Positions 40,420 to 50,306 of a DNA stretch of 64,000 nt are shown one piece after another. The notes below the pieces were generated by a model. The model saw nothing but the letters and a program-made list of their open reading frames with translations. It did no database searches and was not told the origin of the DNA. The position numbers were made by a program, and so were the translations under genes. Positions within the stretch are counted from its first letter, which is position 1. Each line of letters opens with the position of its first letter. The stretch is from an uncultured Chroococcidiopsis sp. (GTDB lineage: Bacteria > Cyanobacteriota > Cyanobacteriia > Cyanobacteriales > Chroococcidiopsidaceae), in the NCBI GenBank assembly GCA_964248365.1, contig CAXTYC010000001.1, forward strand, positions 64,001 to 128,000, given 5' to 3'.

Positions 40420-41117
40420 ATATCTTTAAACCTTTTCGCTATCAAAAAAAACAAGAGATTGAGCGTCTAGCTAATGACCTTTTGGCGCAGATGCAAACAA
40501 CGCCTAAGTACACTCCTACATTACCTTTAGATGCTAGTCGTGTGGCTGACTTTCTGGATTTAGCTGTTGTTTGGGACAAAATTCCCGCTGACGATGAAGG
40601 GCTGATAGCAGCTAGAATTCTGCCATTAGAACGTTTAATTGAGATAAATGAAGACATTCCTCGACTAATTAACGACGCTGAAGGATTTGCAGCATCCACA
40701 ATTGCTCACGAAATTGGACACTGGGTACTTCACATCAACCAAGACGAAGTTGATAGATTTTTAAACCGACGAGTGCAAATTACACAGTCAACTGTACAGC
40801 CATTCTTGTGCCGTAGTACCAACAACCAGAAGGTAAGCAACTCAATTGAATGGCAAGCTCAGTATTTCGCTAGTTGCTTGCTGATGCCCCAATACATCCT
40901 AGAAGAAAAACGAGTAGGACGTGATTTGACCAACTGGCGCGATCTTTATGCAATGAAAGACGAGCTTGGTGTAACAATATCTAATCTGACAAATCGGCTA
41001 AAAGATCTTGGCTGGATTCACATTCCTTCAGGTTCTAAGCAAATATATTTAGGTGAGGCTGCACCTATTCGAAATAATGAGTGTTTGGATAGCGATCGCT
41101 TTTCCACCATTTCATGA
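40416..41117 (+). CDS. ImmA/IrrE-family metallopeptidase
   Basis: TIAHEIGH (HExxH), EWQAQYFASCLLMP; TTGA overlap with the HTH gene. Confidence 0.92.
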   Translation: MNIFKPFRYQKKQEIERLANDLLAQMQTTPKYTPTLPLDASRVADFLDLAVVWDKIPADDEGLIAARILPLERLIEINEDIPRLINDAEGFAASTIAHEIGHWVLHINQDEVDRFLNRRVQITQSTVQPFLCRSTNNQKVSNSIEWQAQYFASCLLMPQYILEEKRVGRDLTNWRDLYAMKDELGVTISNLTNRLKDLGWIHIPSGSKQIYLGEAAPIRNNECLDSDRFSTIS

Positions 41118-41183
41118 GCGCGATCGCCCTCTCCTCCCATACCAAAGCTAAATTAAAGCATATGCCAATATTTAGGATTACCT

Positions 41184-41780
41184 ATGGAAACGGCTACAAT
41201 AACGCTCCCTCCTACCCTCAAATTGCATCTCGAATTGACGGATGAGCAATTTTTCCAGCTGTGTCAGCAAAACCAGGATTTGAGATTTGAACGCACAGCT
41301 AAAGGAGAAATACTAATTATGCCACCAACCGGAGGAGAAACTAGCAACTGTAACTTTGAAATCGCCGTGCAGCTTGGAATTTGGAACAAACAGAATAATT
41401 TAGGAGTTTGCTTTGACTCTAATGGTGGCTTTACACTGCCTAATGGTGCTGTTCGCGCACCTGATGTATCTTGGGTAAAGCGAGAGCGTTGGGAGGCTTT
41501 AACTACCCAACAGCAAGAGAAATTTGCTCCCTTATGTCCTGATTTTGTGGTTGAGTTACGCTCTGCTAGTGATTCGCTCAAGGAAACTCAGGAGAAAATG
41601 CAGGAGTATATAGATAATGGCGCACGTCTGGGTTGGTTAATCGACCGGAAAAACCAGCGCGTTGAAATATATCGCCCCCTTCAGGATGTGGAAATTTTGG
41701 AAAATCCTGCAACTGTGTCGGGGGAAGACGTGCTACCTGGGTTTGTCTTGGATCTCAGCCCGATCATGAGGATAGATTAA
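41184..41780 (+). CDS. Uma2-family endonuclease
   Basis: IMPPTGGET, RAPDVSW, CPDFVVELRS, LGWLID. Confidence 0.93.
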   Translation: METATITLPPTLKLHLELTDEQFFQLCQQNQDLRFERTAKGEILIMPPTGGETSNCNFEIAVQLGIWNKQNNLGVCFDSNGGFTLPNGAVRAPDVSWVKRERWEALTTQQQEKFAPLCPDFVVELRSASDSLKETQEKMQEYIDNGARLGWLIDRKNQRVEIYRPLQDVEILENPATVSGEDVLPGFVLDLSPIMRID

Positions 41781-42451
41781 GCAAGTGCCGCTACACGCTC
41801 TAACAACCCTTGAAATAACTTCAACCCATCTGTTCCACCCAACATCGGATCTGAGGCTCTTTCAGGATGGGGCATCATGCCCAATACGTTCCCCCCACGA
41901 TTACAAATCCCAGCAATATTGTTCACAGAGCCGTTGTGATTTTCGCCTTCGTAGCGAAATAGGACTTGACCGTTATCTTCAATTTGTTGTAAAGTCTCTT
42001 TGTTAGCGTAAAATTGACCTTCTCCGTGCGCGATTGGCAAAGTGATGATTTGTCTGGGGGAGTAAGATTGTGTCCAGGGTGAGTCAACACGTTCAACTTT
42101 TACCCACACGCGATCGCAGATAAAGTGTAAATCCCGATTTCGCATCAACGCGCCAGGTAATAACCCCGTTTCAGTCAACACCTGGAAGCCGTTGCAAATA
42201 CCCAGTACCAATTTACCTTGCTGTGCGTGTTTGACAACAGATTGCATGACGGGAGAGAAACGAGCGATCGCACCGCAGCGGAGATAATCGCCATAACTGA
42301 AACCGCCTGGAATAATTACGACATCCAAATCGTCAATATCGGTTTGTTCATGCCAAATCATGCGAGTCGGCTGCTGTAGCAAGTCGCGGGTGACATAAGC
42401 GACATCGCGATCGCAATTCGAGCCAGGAAAAACAACAACCCCAAATTTCAC
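41777..42451 (-). CDS. purQ: FGAM synthase glutaminase subunit PurQ
   Basis: FPGSNCD, PGGFSYGDYLR, GICNGFQ, MPHPER. Confidence 0.97.
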   Translation of the reverse strand: MKFGVVVFPGSNCDRDVAYVTRDLLQQPTRMIWHEQTDIDDLDVVIIPGGFSYGDYLRCGAIARFSPVMQSVVKHAQQGKLVLGICNGFQVLTETGLLPGALMRNRDLHFICDRVWVKVERVDSPWTQSYSPRQIITLPIAHGEGQFYANKETLQQIEDNGQVLFRYEGENHNGSVNNIAGICNRGGNVLGMMPHPERASDPMLGGTDGLKLFQGLLERVAALA

Positions 42452-42729
42452 GCCGAAGCTCCCATCTCTACAGATACTTCTTTTAAGTCAAAGCGATAAT
42501 TTTCAATCACCGGATTCGCCAGCAAAGAATCGCACATCCGATCCACCTGTTCCCCTGCACTCTTCTGGTCATCTGCAATCAGGATAAGCTCAATATACTT
42601 ACCAATTCGTACCTGTTCAACGTTGTCATAACCCATGTGACTCAACCCAGCCTTGAGTGCTGTACCTGCTGGATCTAGCACAGAAGGGCGCAGGGTGACA
42701 AAAATACTAGCTCGATACTTGCGTAACAC
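42448..42729 (-). CDS. purS: FGAM synthase subunit PurS
   Basis: VLDPAG, VRIGKYIEL, LLANPVIENY. Confidence 0.96.
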   Translation of the reverse strand: MLRKYRASIFVTLRPSVLDPAGTALKAGLSHMGYDNVEQVRIGKYIELILIADDQKSAGEQVDRMCDSLLANPVIENYRFDLKEVSVEMGASA

Positions 42730-42849
42730 TTGACTTCTTTCTCAATCCAATAAACGCTATGGTAACGCGATCGATGGTTAGAAGAGTTGGGTATAGGCGA
42801 TCGCTTTAAGCTAGTTTAGAGAAAAGCAAAGATATTAATTTTAACTCCT

Positions 42850-43254
42850 ATGAAAGCTGGAAAAGCTGTACGTACTCGCTCTGGGGAGCGAATTTTCAAC
42901 CTACTTAAGAGTTTAAATCGAGCTATTTCTGCTCAAGATATTTATGTAGAACTGCGTAACCGCAACCAAACCGTTGGTCTAGCTACAGTCTACCGCGCTC
43001 TAGAAGCTTTAAAACTAGAAGGCGTAGTGCAAGTCCGAACACTAACTTCCGGCGAATCGCTGTATGGTTTAGTACAACAGGACAAACATCACCTAACTTG
43101 TCTTGTGTGTGGCAAATCTATTCCGATTCATCAATGCCCAGTTCATGAACTAGAAACCCAGCTAAACCAATCGCACAAATTCAAGATTTTTTACCACACA
43201 TTAGAGTTTTTTGGTTTGTGCAACCACTGTCAGTTGACTGAGGGGCTAGGCTAG
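42850..43254 (+). CDS. Fur-family regulator (Zur/FurB-like)
   Basis: GLATVYRAL, HHLTCLVCG, FFGLCNHC. Confidence 0.9.
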   Translation: MKAGKAVRTRSGERIFNLLKSLNRAISAQDIYVELRNRNQTVGLATVYRALEALKLEGVVQVRTLTSGESLYGLVQQDKHHLTCLVCGKSIPIHQCPVHELETQLNQSHKFKIFYHTLEFFGLCNHCQLTEGLG

Positions 43255-43422
43255 GAAATTATGAATGATGAATCAAATCAACATAGCCTGCGGTAGGTTC
43301 CTAAGCGTCTACTGCATTTGGTACTTTGCAGTAACAAATCGAAAGACGTTTTCATTAAGTCTAATAAAAAATCAGGTGGGCAATGCCCATCTTACTATCA
43401 AACCCTGGGGTTTGAATAAACT

Positions 43423-44079
43423 TTAACGGTGATTTTGTAATTGTCTCATTTCTTCTTGAACGCTAATAGCAATTTGTAATGCTTCATTGAGTAATTGTCC
43501 ATGTTCGCTGGCGCGATCGCTCACTTGCAATGCTTTTACAGCAGTTAAGTTGCTGGAAAACATATCCTGGTTGCTAGCAATAAAACTCTGATTTTCCCTG
43601 ATGATTTTTTCTGTCTTTAAAGCGCGAACTAAATCCTCTCTTGTCAGCTTTAGTGCTTCAATAACTTTTTCTCTATCTTGTACAGCAATTCCTATATTTC
43701 CAACTGATTCTAGTTGATCGTTAATATCTATTGCTTTGATAACTGCGTTGTACCTATCAACATCCTCAAGTAGGTCAACCAGAGACTTTTTACTATTATC
43801 TTTAAACTTTTTGTATCGCAAAGCTACAGCAGCAATCAAACTGACCCAAATGGTTATGAACCAGGGAAAATTTAAAATAGCTCCAATAAAAGTAACAGGT
43901 ACAAATATAATTAAAAAAGAGTAACCGAGTTCTCGCACTGTCTCGGATATAAAATCGGCTCGTTTTTTAGCGTCTTGCATAATCGCGGGTCTGTACACAT
44001 CATTCATATGTACACCCGTTAAATGTTTTAGTTCTCCCTTAGTAATCATTAAACCTTGTAAATCAGATTGCACAACCAC
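43423..44079 (-). CDS. Hypothetical membrane protein (2 TM plus coiled coil)
   Basis: 218-aa ORF, two hydrophobic helices, helical C-terminus. Confidence 0.75.
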   Translation of the reverse strand: MVVQSDLQGLMITKGELKHLTGVHMNDVYRPAIMQDAKKRADFISETVRELGYSFLIIFVPVTFIGAILNFPWFITIWVSLIAAVALRYKKFKDNSKKSLVDLLEDVDRYNAVIKAIDINDQLESVGNIGIAVQDREKVIEALKLTREDLVRALKTEKIIRENQSFIASNQDMFSSNLTAVKALQVSDRASEHGQLLNEALQIAISVQEEMRQLQNHR

Positions 44080-44234
44080 TATACTCCTTTAATCTAACTA
44101 GCTATTTTGCTTTGTTTGTTTATAAATACTTACCCAGTCAAACTCCAAATAAAAACCGCAGATATACGTATAGCAACGCTAATATTATATCTGCAATGAA
44201 ATTTTATGAATTTGTATTGCCACCCATGCCCACC

Positions 44235-44434
44235 ATAACCAACAAATTAACTAAATTTTAAGCCGTCAAACCATTAATTGCCATCAATTGCGCTCTTTAT
44301 AGCTGTAGTCTCCCCACGCTTCCAAGCGAAGGTATCCCGCCTACAGTTACTTTGCAGCATAATCAGTTTTAGCATCCCCGTTGCACCTGCTTCCACACTA
44401 TTAAAGCATCACCACCAAACAACGCCTCGAAAGC
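44235..44434 (-). pseudogene. Degenerate duplicate of the phosphoketolase 3' end
   Basis: Shares agccgtcaaaccattaattgccatcaattg and tagctgtagtctccccacgcttccaagc.aaggtatcccgccta with 44947-45155. Confidence 0.85.
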
Positions 44435-44527
44435 TGCATTATTCAATACTCTAGTCCACTCCCCTATAGAGAGCAAACTTTTAGTGTTTTCCATTGCAGG
44501 CTAGACTATTGTTTAGGAGGAGTATTT

Positions 44528-44917
44528 GTGGAACCAAATGAAGTACAACTGCGCCGAATGTTTGAAGCTTTACGACAAGAATTAGCCCTACAATGGCGAG
44601 CAAGGTATACAGAAATATTACCAGGTAGAGAATTAGCATTAAGCTTCGAGCATTCTACAAATACCAGTTGGCGGTGTCTCTACATAATTAGAATTAATGG
44701 TGAATGGATTCGGAGAGAATTTATGTCTAAGCTTAACTATCAATTAATGACTGATGCAGAACTAACAGATCGACTGGAGAAAGGGGAAATGCTTTCAAAC
44801 CCAGATCTCTATGTAGAGTTTCTCAGGCGCATGGAGGAACACGGAACCAAATATCGCAATATGCCAGAAGATACTGCGCGATGGAAGGCTGACACGTTGA
44901 AATCAGTACACAAGTAA
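44528..44917 (+). CDS. Hypothetical protein, possibly a fusion of a DUF6888-like and a DUF6887-like small gene
   Basis: RBS aggagg before GTG; internal MSKLNYQLMTDAEL resembles a separate small-protein start. Confidence 0.55.
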   Translation: MEPNEVQLRRMFEALRQELALQWRARYTEILPGRELALSFEHSTNTSWRCLYIIRINGEWIRREFMSKLNYQLMTDAELTDRLEKGEMLSNPDLYVEFLRRMEEHGTKYRNMPEDTARWKADTLKSVHK

Positions 44918-44946
44918 GGTGGACAATGCCCACCTTACATTTGTAA

Positions 44947-47160
44947 TTAACCAACCAACTCCAAAGCGCGTTTCACCAAATTCTCAGCCGTCAAACCATT
45001 AATTGCCATCAATTGGGCTGGACTAGCTGTAGTCTCCCCACGCTTCCAAGCAAAGGTATCCCGCCTAGAATTACTCCGCAGCATGACAGGTTCTAGCATC
45101 CCACTTGCACCCGCTGTAACACCAATCAAGGCATCGCCACCGAATAGCGCCTCAAATTTGGTATCATCTAAAAAGCCGCCATCGGACTGGGAACAGCTAT
45201 CCCAAGCAACATCGCTAGGACGATACAAGCGGCGGGGATTGATAATAGAAACAATCCTCACACCCATTTCTTGTGCCTCTAGGTAGGCAGCAGCTTCAAA
45301 TACTGGCATTAAAGCCATATCGCCAACTACGGCAAATACTACTGTTTTGCTGCCTTTGATTTCTTGGAGTGCGATCGCCCCCTCTTCAAGTGCTTTTCTA
45401 CCTTGTTCAAATGTTGTCCGAATCGGTAATGGTGACTTACTCGCAGTAATCACAATTCCCTTATTCTTCGTCGTCAATGCCCACTCATAGCAAACTTGAA
45501 TAGAGTTAGCATCGGGTGGGAACAAAGGAAACACATTACCATTACGCATCATTGAAGCAAAATAAGCTTCAACTTCTGGACGCTGGTGAGTCCAACCGTT
45601 ACGCCCTTGTTCTAATGCCCCTGCTGTGAATAGAGTAACAGTAGATGGAGTCGGACGACGCAATTCTGCCATCGCTTGCGTTACTGTTTGCCAAATTGGT
45701 AAACCGTTAATTGCAAAAGATTCGTAGGAACACCATAAGCTACGGCTACCCATCAACGCCGATCCCACCGCCAAACCAGCACAAGCATCTTCACTAAGCG
45801 GTTCGTAAACTTGTCCGGCTGGATTTTGATTGTATAAAGGATCTTCCGTTGGGTGGATGATTTTCAGCGCTGCGTTGATATTGGCAATACCAGAGGCTTC
45901 GTTACCATCGGCGTTGGTGACTAGGAAATTGCGATCCCACTCTCCCACTTTAGCCACCAAACTCCCCATCGTTGTCGTCGCAACTTTGGGATCGCCAGCA
46001 ACGGCAAATTCTTGTAAAGGTAATTCATCTAAATCAGCCAACGGTAACACTGATTCTGTTACTACTGTACGACTAGCCGAACCACCACCAGCACGTTCAC
46101 AGTTAGTACGTACCAATTCCCAAGCAGCAGCAGGTAAAGCACGAGTTTGCAGTGCCTTGATAATATCTGGGTTATCCAGAGTATGCATGGCATAGAGGTT
46201 GTGAGATTTAGCACCTCTTGCGTGTACTCCTGCGCCCTTTAGCTGTTTAATAATTAATGCTGTCAGCTTACCACTAAGAGCAGAACGAGCAGCTTCATCA
46301 ACTGCAATTAACACAGCCTTGGTAAAAGCTAACCTCTGCTCAAACGAAAAGGCAGTACTATCAACATAATCCCCTGGCTGCTCCTTGTCATCAAAATCCT
46401 TAGCATCCACTAATACCACTTCTTCAAACCCGTTTCCATGCCAATAAGCCATCATTCGCTCATTTGACTGGATAGAAACCATACTGTGATGTTCTTGACT
46501 GTAACCATTCCAAACCAGTATAGGTAGGAAATTAGTTACACCAGGATAGGCAGTGTGGAAGTGAGCCATACTGCTCATAACGTAGGGTTCACCTAACCCA
46601 CCATCACCAATCGTCACAGGGAACAGTTTATCAGGATGGAGACGGGCTGCTGCCATAGCAAAATGTTGCCCTTGACCAAGGGGACCTGCGGGGGCGAGAA
46701 TACCAGGAATAAAACCAGAAAGATGACCTAATAGCCCGTTATGTTCACGGAAGCGATCGCGCAACTGTTGTACAGTTGTAATCCCCATATCTTCCAACGA
46801 CCGATCCAAGAACATAGCACTATAAAAACCTGGAGCATGATGCCCAACTTCTGTAATGATGTTCTTGTAACCCAACATCACCAAAGCCGCATAAGCTTCA
46901 GCTTGACTGGCAAATCCGCCAGGGTGTCCAGAGGCTTTGCTGCCTGTAACTTGTAGGGTAAGATAACGTAGAGCATCAGCATATAGTAAAGTCTGGAATA
47001 CAGCCGCCCGATCTTCTGGATTGCTGATCGAGGTGCTACCTTCGGCGATCGCAGGTTCTATACCATAATTCTCAAATCCTGGCAGCATTTCGCCAAAATA
47101 CTGAATTCCTTGGCAAAAATCTGGAATTGCTAACTTTGCCTCTTGGGACAATGCCGTCAT
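44947..47160 (-). CDS. Phosphoketolase/transketolase-like ThDP enzyme
   Basis: SGHPGG, GHHAPG, GPLGQG, ThDP motif GDG..N, EQGRNGWTHQ. Confidence 0.9.
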   Translation of the reverse strand: MTALSQEAKLAIPDFCQGIQYFGEMLPGFENYGIEPAIAEGSTSISNPEDRAAVFQTLLYADALRYLTLQVTGSKASGHPGGFASQAEAYAALVMLGYKNIITEVGHHAPGFYSAMFLDRSLEDMGITTVQQLRDRFREHNGLLGHLSGFIPGILAPAGPLGQGQHFAMAAARLHPDKLFPVTIGDGGLGEPYVMSSMAHFHTAYPGVTNFLPILVWNGYSQEHHSMVSIQSNERMMAYWHGNGFEEVVLVDAKDFDDKEQPGDYVDSTAFSFEQRLAFTKAVLIAVDEAARSALSGKLTALIIKQLKGAGVHARGAKSHNLYAMHTLDNPDIIKALQTRALPAAAWELVRTNCERAGGGSASRTVVTESVLPLADLDELPLQEFAVAGDPKVATTTMGSLVAKVGEWDRNFLVTNADGNEASGIANINAALKIIHPTEDPLYNQNPAGQVYEPLSEDACAGLAVGSALMGSRSLWCSYESFAINGLPIWQTVTQAMAELRRPTPSTVTLFTAGALEQGRNGWTHQRPEVEAYFASMMRNGNVFPLFPPDANSIQVCYEWALTTKNKGIVITASKSPLPIRTTFEQGRKALEEGAIALQEIKGSKTVVFAVVGDMALMPVFEAAAYLEAQEMGVRIVSIINPRRLYRPSDVAWDSCSQSDGGFLDDTKFEALFGGDALIGVTAGASGMLEPVMLRSNSRRDTFAWKRGETTASPAQLMAINGLTAENLVKRALELVG

Positions 47161-47479
47161 GCTGAATCCCTCTTTAAACGTACTATTTGAATATTTAAAT
47201 TATTTTACATTTAAATCTGACCATACATATTTACTTTTATTGTATGTATATATCAAGTAACTTGATTTCATCATCGCCATCATTTATAGCAACATTTTTT
47301 AGCCCTTTTATTTCTCCTACCTATAGAGCAACATCAATAAACAACAATAAGATTATCTATACCACTCCTAAAATCCCTCTCTATTTCTTACCTCTGCGCT
47401 CTCTGTGTCTGTGCGGTTCGTAAAAAAAGTACCTCTCACAAATCGAGAAAAATGACTATATATCTTAGTTAAAAAAGCA

Positions 47480-48850
47480 ATGATACTAGAGGAAACCAAA
47501 ACCCCAGCCTTACTACAAACTTTGCAATTAATTGCCAATCCAACCAAATTTTTAGCAAAGTATGCTAAGAGATATGGAGATACATTTACCCTAAGAGTTC
47601 TAGGTTTAAATTCACCACCAGTAGTATTTTTTAGCCAACCGCAAGCAATTAAAGAAATATTTGCCTTACCTGTAGAACAATTTGACTTTAAAAAGGCAAC
47701 TCATGTATTTAAACCCCTAATGGGCGAACAATCGCTAATATTACAAGAAGGAAAAAGCCACCAACGACAACGACAATTAATGTTACCTCCGTTTCATGGA
47801 GATCGCATGAAAGCGTATGGTAAAACAATATGCCAAATTACCCACCAAGTAATCGAGCAGTGGATACCAGGTAAATCAATTAGTATTAATCACTTCCTGC
47901 CAGATATTACCCTGCAAATTATTTTACAAGTTGTGTTTGGGATCAATCCTGGGGAGAGATACCAACAATTAAAAAAAATGCTCAGTTCGCTGCTGGAAGA
48001 TATTACTACTCCCTGGTACTCCAGCTTATTTTTTTTTCCACCACTGCAACAAGATTTAGGTGCATGGAGTCCTTGGGGACATTATATTAGGCGATTACAA
48101 CAAATTGATAATTTAATTTATGCCGAGATTGCCCAACGTCGGGTAGAAAATGATTTGTCGCGTACAGATATTCTTACCATGCTGATGTCAGCACGGGATG
48201 AAAACGGACAACAAATGACAGACATTGAGTTACGCGATCAGTTAGTTTCGCTGCTACTACTAGGTTACGAGACTACAGCCGCTGCTTTAGCGTGGGCGTT
48301 TTATTTAATTCACTCCCATGCACAGGTACTTGGTGAGCTAAGGTATGAAATAGACAGCCTTGGAGATCACCCACAACCAGAAGCGATCGCATCTCTACCA
48401 TATCTAACAGCAGTCTGTCAGGAATCTTTACGAATTCACCCGATTGCCTTGATTTGCACTCCTCGCATGGTAAAAGAGTCGGTGCAAGTAACAGGTTACA
48501 ACTTTCCAGCCGAAACAATCATCGTACCTTGTATTTATTTAGCTCATCGGCGGACAGAAACTTACCCACAACCAGAAAAATTTCAGCCAGAAAGATTTCT
48601 CAATCATAAATTTTCCCCTTTTGAGTATCTTCCCTTTGGTGGTGGTAGTCGTGGCTGTATCGGGGCAGCATTTTCCCTGTATGAAATGAAACTAGTGTTA
48701 GCCTCTGTTATGTCGCGTTTTGAGCTAGCACTAGCAAATCAACGTCCAGTGTATCCGGTACGGCGTGGCATTACCATTGTTCCTTCATCAAGTGGGGTGC
48801 AAATGGTTGTAAAAGCACATTTGCAGCAAAAAACCCCAGTTCAAATTTAG
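47480..48850 (+). CDS. Cytochrome P450 (CYP110-like)
   Basis: GYETT, ESLR, PERF, FGGGSRGCIG heme-ligand motif. Confidence 0.95.
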   Translation: MILEETKTPALLQTLQLIANPTKFLAKYAKRYGDTFTLRVLGLNSPPVVFFSQPQAIKEIFALPVEQFDFKKATHVFKPLMGEQSLILQEGKSHQRQRQLMLPPFHGDRMKAYGKTICQITHQVIEQWIPGKSISINHFLPDITLQIILQVVFGINPGERYQQLKKMLSSLLEDITTPWYSSLFFFPPLQQDLGAWSPWGHYIRRLQQIDNLIYAEIAQRRVENDLSRTDILTMLMSARDENGQQMTDIELRDQLVSLLLLGYETTAAALAWAFYLIHSHAQVLGELRYEIDSLGDHPQPEAIASLPYLTAVCQESLRIHPIALICTPRMVKESVQVTGYNFPAETIIVPCIYLAHRRTETYPQPEKFQPERFLNHKFSPFEYLPFGGGSRGCIGAAFSLYEMKLVLASVMSRFELALANQRPVYPVRRGITIVPSSSGVQMVVKAHLQQKTPVQI

Positions 48851-48995
48851 ATCTAGTTTGCCACCCATGCCCACCATTATTAAATTTGGTGGGCAATGCT
48901 ATAAATTTAAGCATTTTCCTTCTACCATCTGACAGATACAATCTCTTAAGCAAATTACCTAAATTGGGCTGTGATCGGGTAGTAGGAAAAGTAGC

Positions 48996-49724
48996 GTGAC
49001 GCAACCTGAAAAATCCAAATTTGGAGAACAAGCAATCAATAAAATAGCAGAAGTAGCGCTTGCCAGTCAACTTAAGCAAGTAGAAAAATTAGCAGTTCAA
49101 CTCAAAATTGATATTGGCAAACTTGCTCATGGAGAAGTTGATTCTATTAATATCAATATGAATGGTTTATTAATGCAGCAAGAGCTGATAGCGGAGGAAT
49201 TACAACTACAAGTTAATCGCGTTATTGTCAAACCTTTTAGTGCTATTTTAGGCAAAATTAAACTGACTCAACCCTGTAGGGGAACAATTCGCGTTGTCTT
49301 CAACGAAGACGATCTGACTCGTGCCTTCAACTCCCAATCTTTTCGTGAAAATCTGCTCCCAGGTAAACAAGTAAAAATTTATTTGCAACAGGTAAATTGT
49401 CATCTGCTAGCAGATGGTAATATAGCTTTCCAGTTAGATATAATTTTAACTGATACTGGACAAACTCAATCAGTTGCTTTTACAACTCCACCTCGAATCG
49501 GCAATGATGGACGAGAAATTTTACTTCAAGATGTGCATTATCTAGACTCAGAAGAACTCGCACCAGAATTAACAACAGCTTTGCTCGCACAGGTGGGAGA
49601 ATTTTTAAGCCTGCCTTGGTTTGAGCAAAAGGGAATGTCACTGCAATTTCAGCAGCTTGATGTTACGGCTGGCAAATTAACTATACAAGCCGCTGCCCAT
49701 ATTGAGCAATTTTCCTCCTCATGA
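48996..49724 (+). CDS. DUF2993/LmeA-like lipid-binding protein
   Basis: EQAINKIAE..L.SQL, GEVDSI.I, PFSAILGKIKL, EDDL.RAFNS. Confidence 0.8.
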   Translation: MTQPEKSKFGEQAINKIAEVALASQLKQVEKLAVQLKIDIGKLAHGEVDSININMNGLLMQQELIAEELQLQVNRVIVKPFSAILGKIKLTQPCRGTIRVVFNEDDLTRAFNSQSFRENLLPGKQVKIYLQQVNCHLLADGNIAFQLDIILTDTGQTQSVAFTTPPRIGNDGREILLQDVHYLDSEELAPELTTALLAQVGEFLSLPWFEQKGMSLQFQQLDVTAGKLTIQAAAHIEQFSSS

Positions 49725-49851
49725 ACGAAAAAATGCAACTTTGACGCGCCTTAGATTAGTATTGAAAATAACATATCAACGTAACAATAATACTATTCTT
49801 TAGTTAGAAGTATAAACCAAGTAATACGATTTAATCTATTAGTTAATGACA

Positions 49852-49985
49852 CAAAAAAGAGGGGAGCCACCTGGGAGTTTTAATACACAAAGTCAACAGG
49901 TTTATTTTTAGTCTGTTCTCCGTACCTGTTCTGGGCTTCGTGAAAACAGCTCCCAGTTTTATTAAACTTAGGTGGACCGGAAAAC
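49852..49985 (-). ncRNA. Candidate structured ncRNA
   Basis: Relatively GC-rich island in an AT-rich spacer; CCACCU and CUGGGAG can pair with 3' CUCCCAGGUGG; ends in a U-tract. Confidence 0.4.
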
Positions 49986-50306
49986 CTGACAATTACCTAG
50001 ATAAAAATTATTCTTTGTGTAACAAAATTTAAGTTTCAAATTCATTATTTTAGTTAAGCTATAGCATAAAAGGTTAATTAGTTTGGCTAAATTAATATTT
50101 CTTTATATTTAATCCTATGCAGAATTTAATCTGCTAATTGAATAGCGTTAGTAGAACTTTTAGTAGAGGCACTCGCAATTAATTTAAGGAAAAAATATAG
50201 AGTGCTGGCAAAAGACTTGCAGCAAAGCAAAGCAGTATTTCTTAGCAGCAAATATCCTTTGGCTGCAAAGGCAGCTTCGTTGTTGAACCTCTACCTTGGT
50301 TGACTT

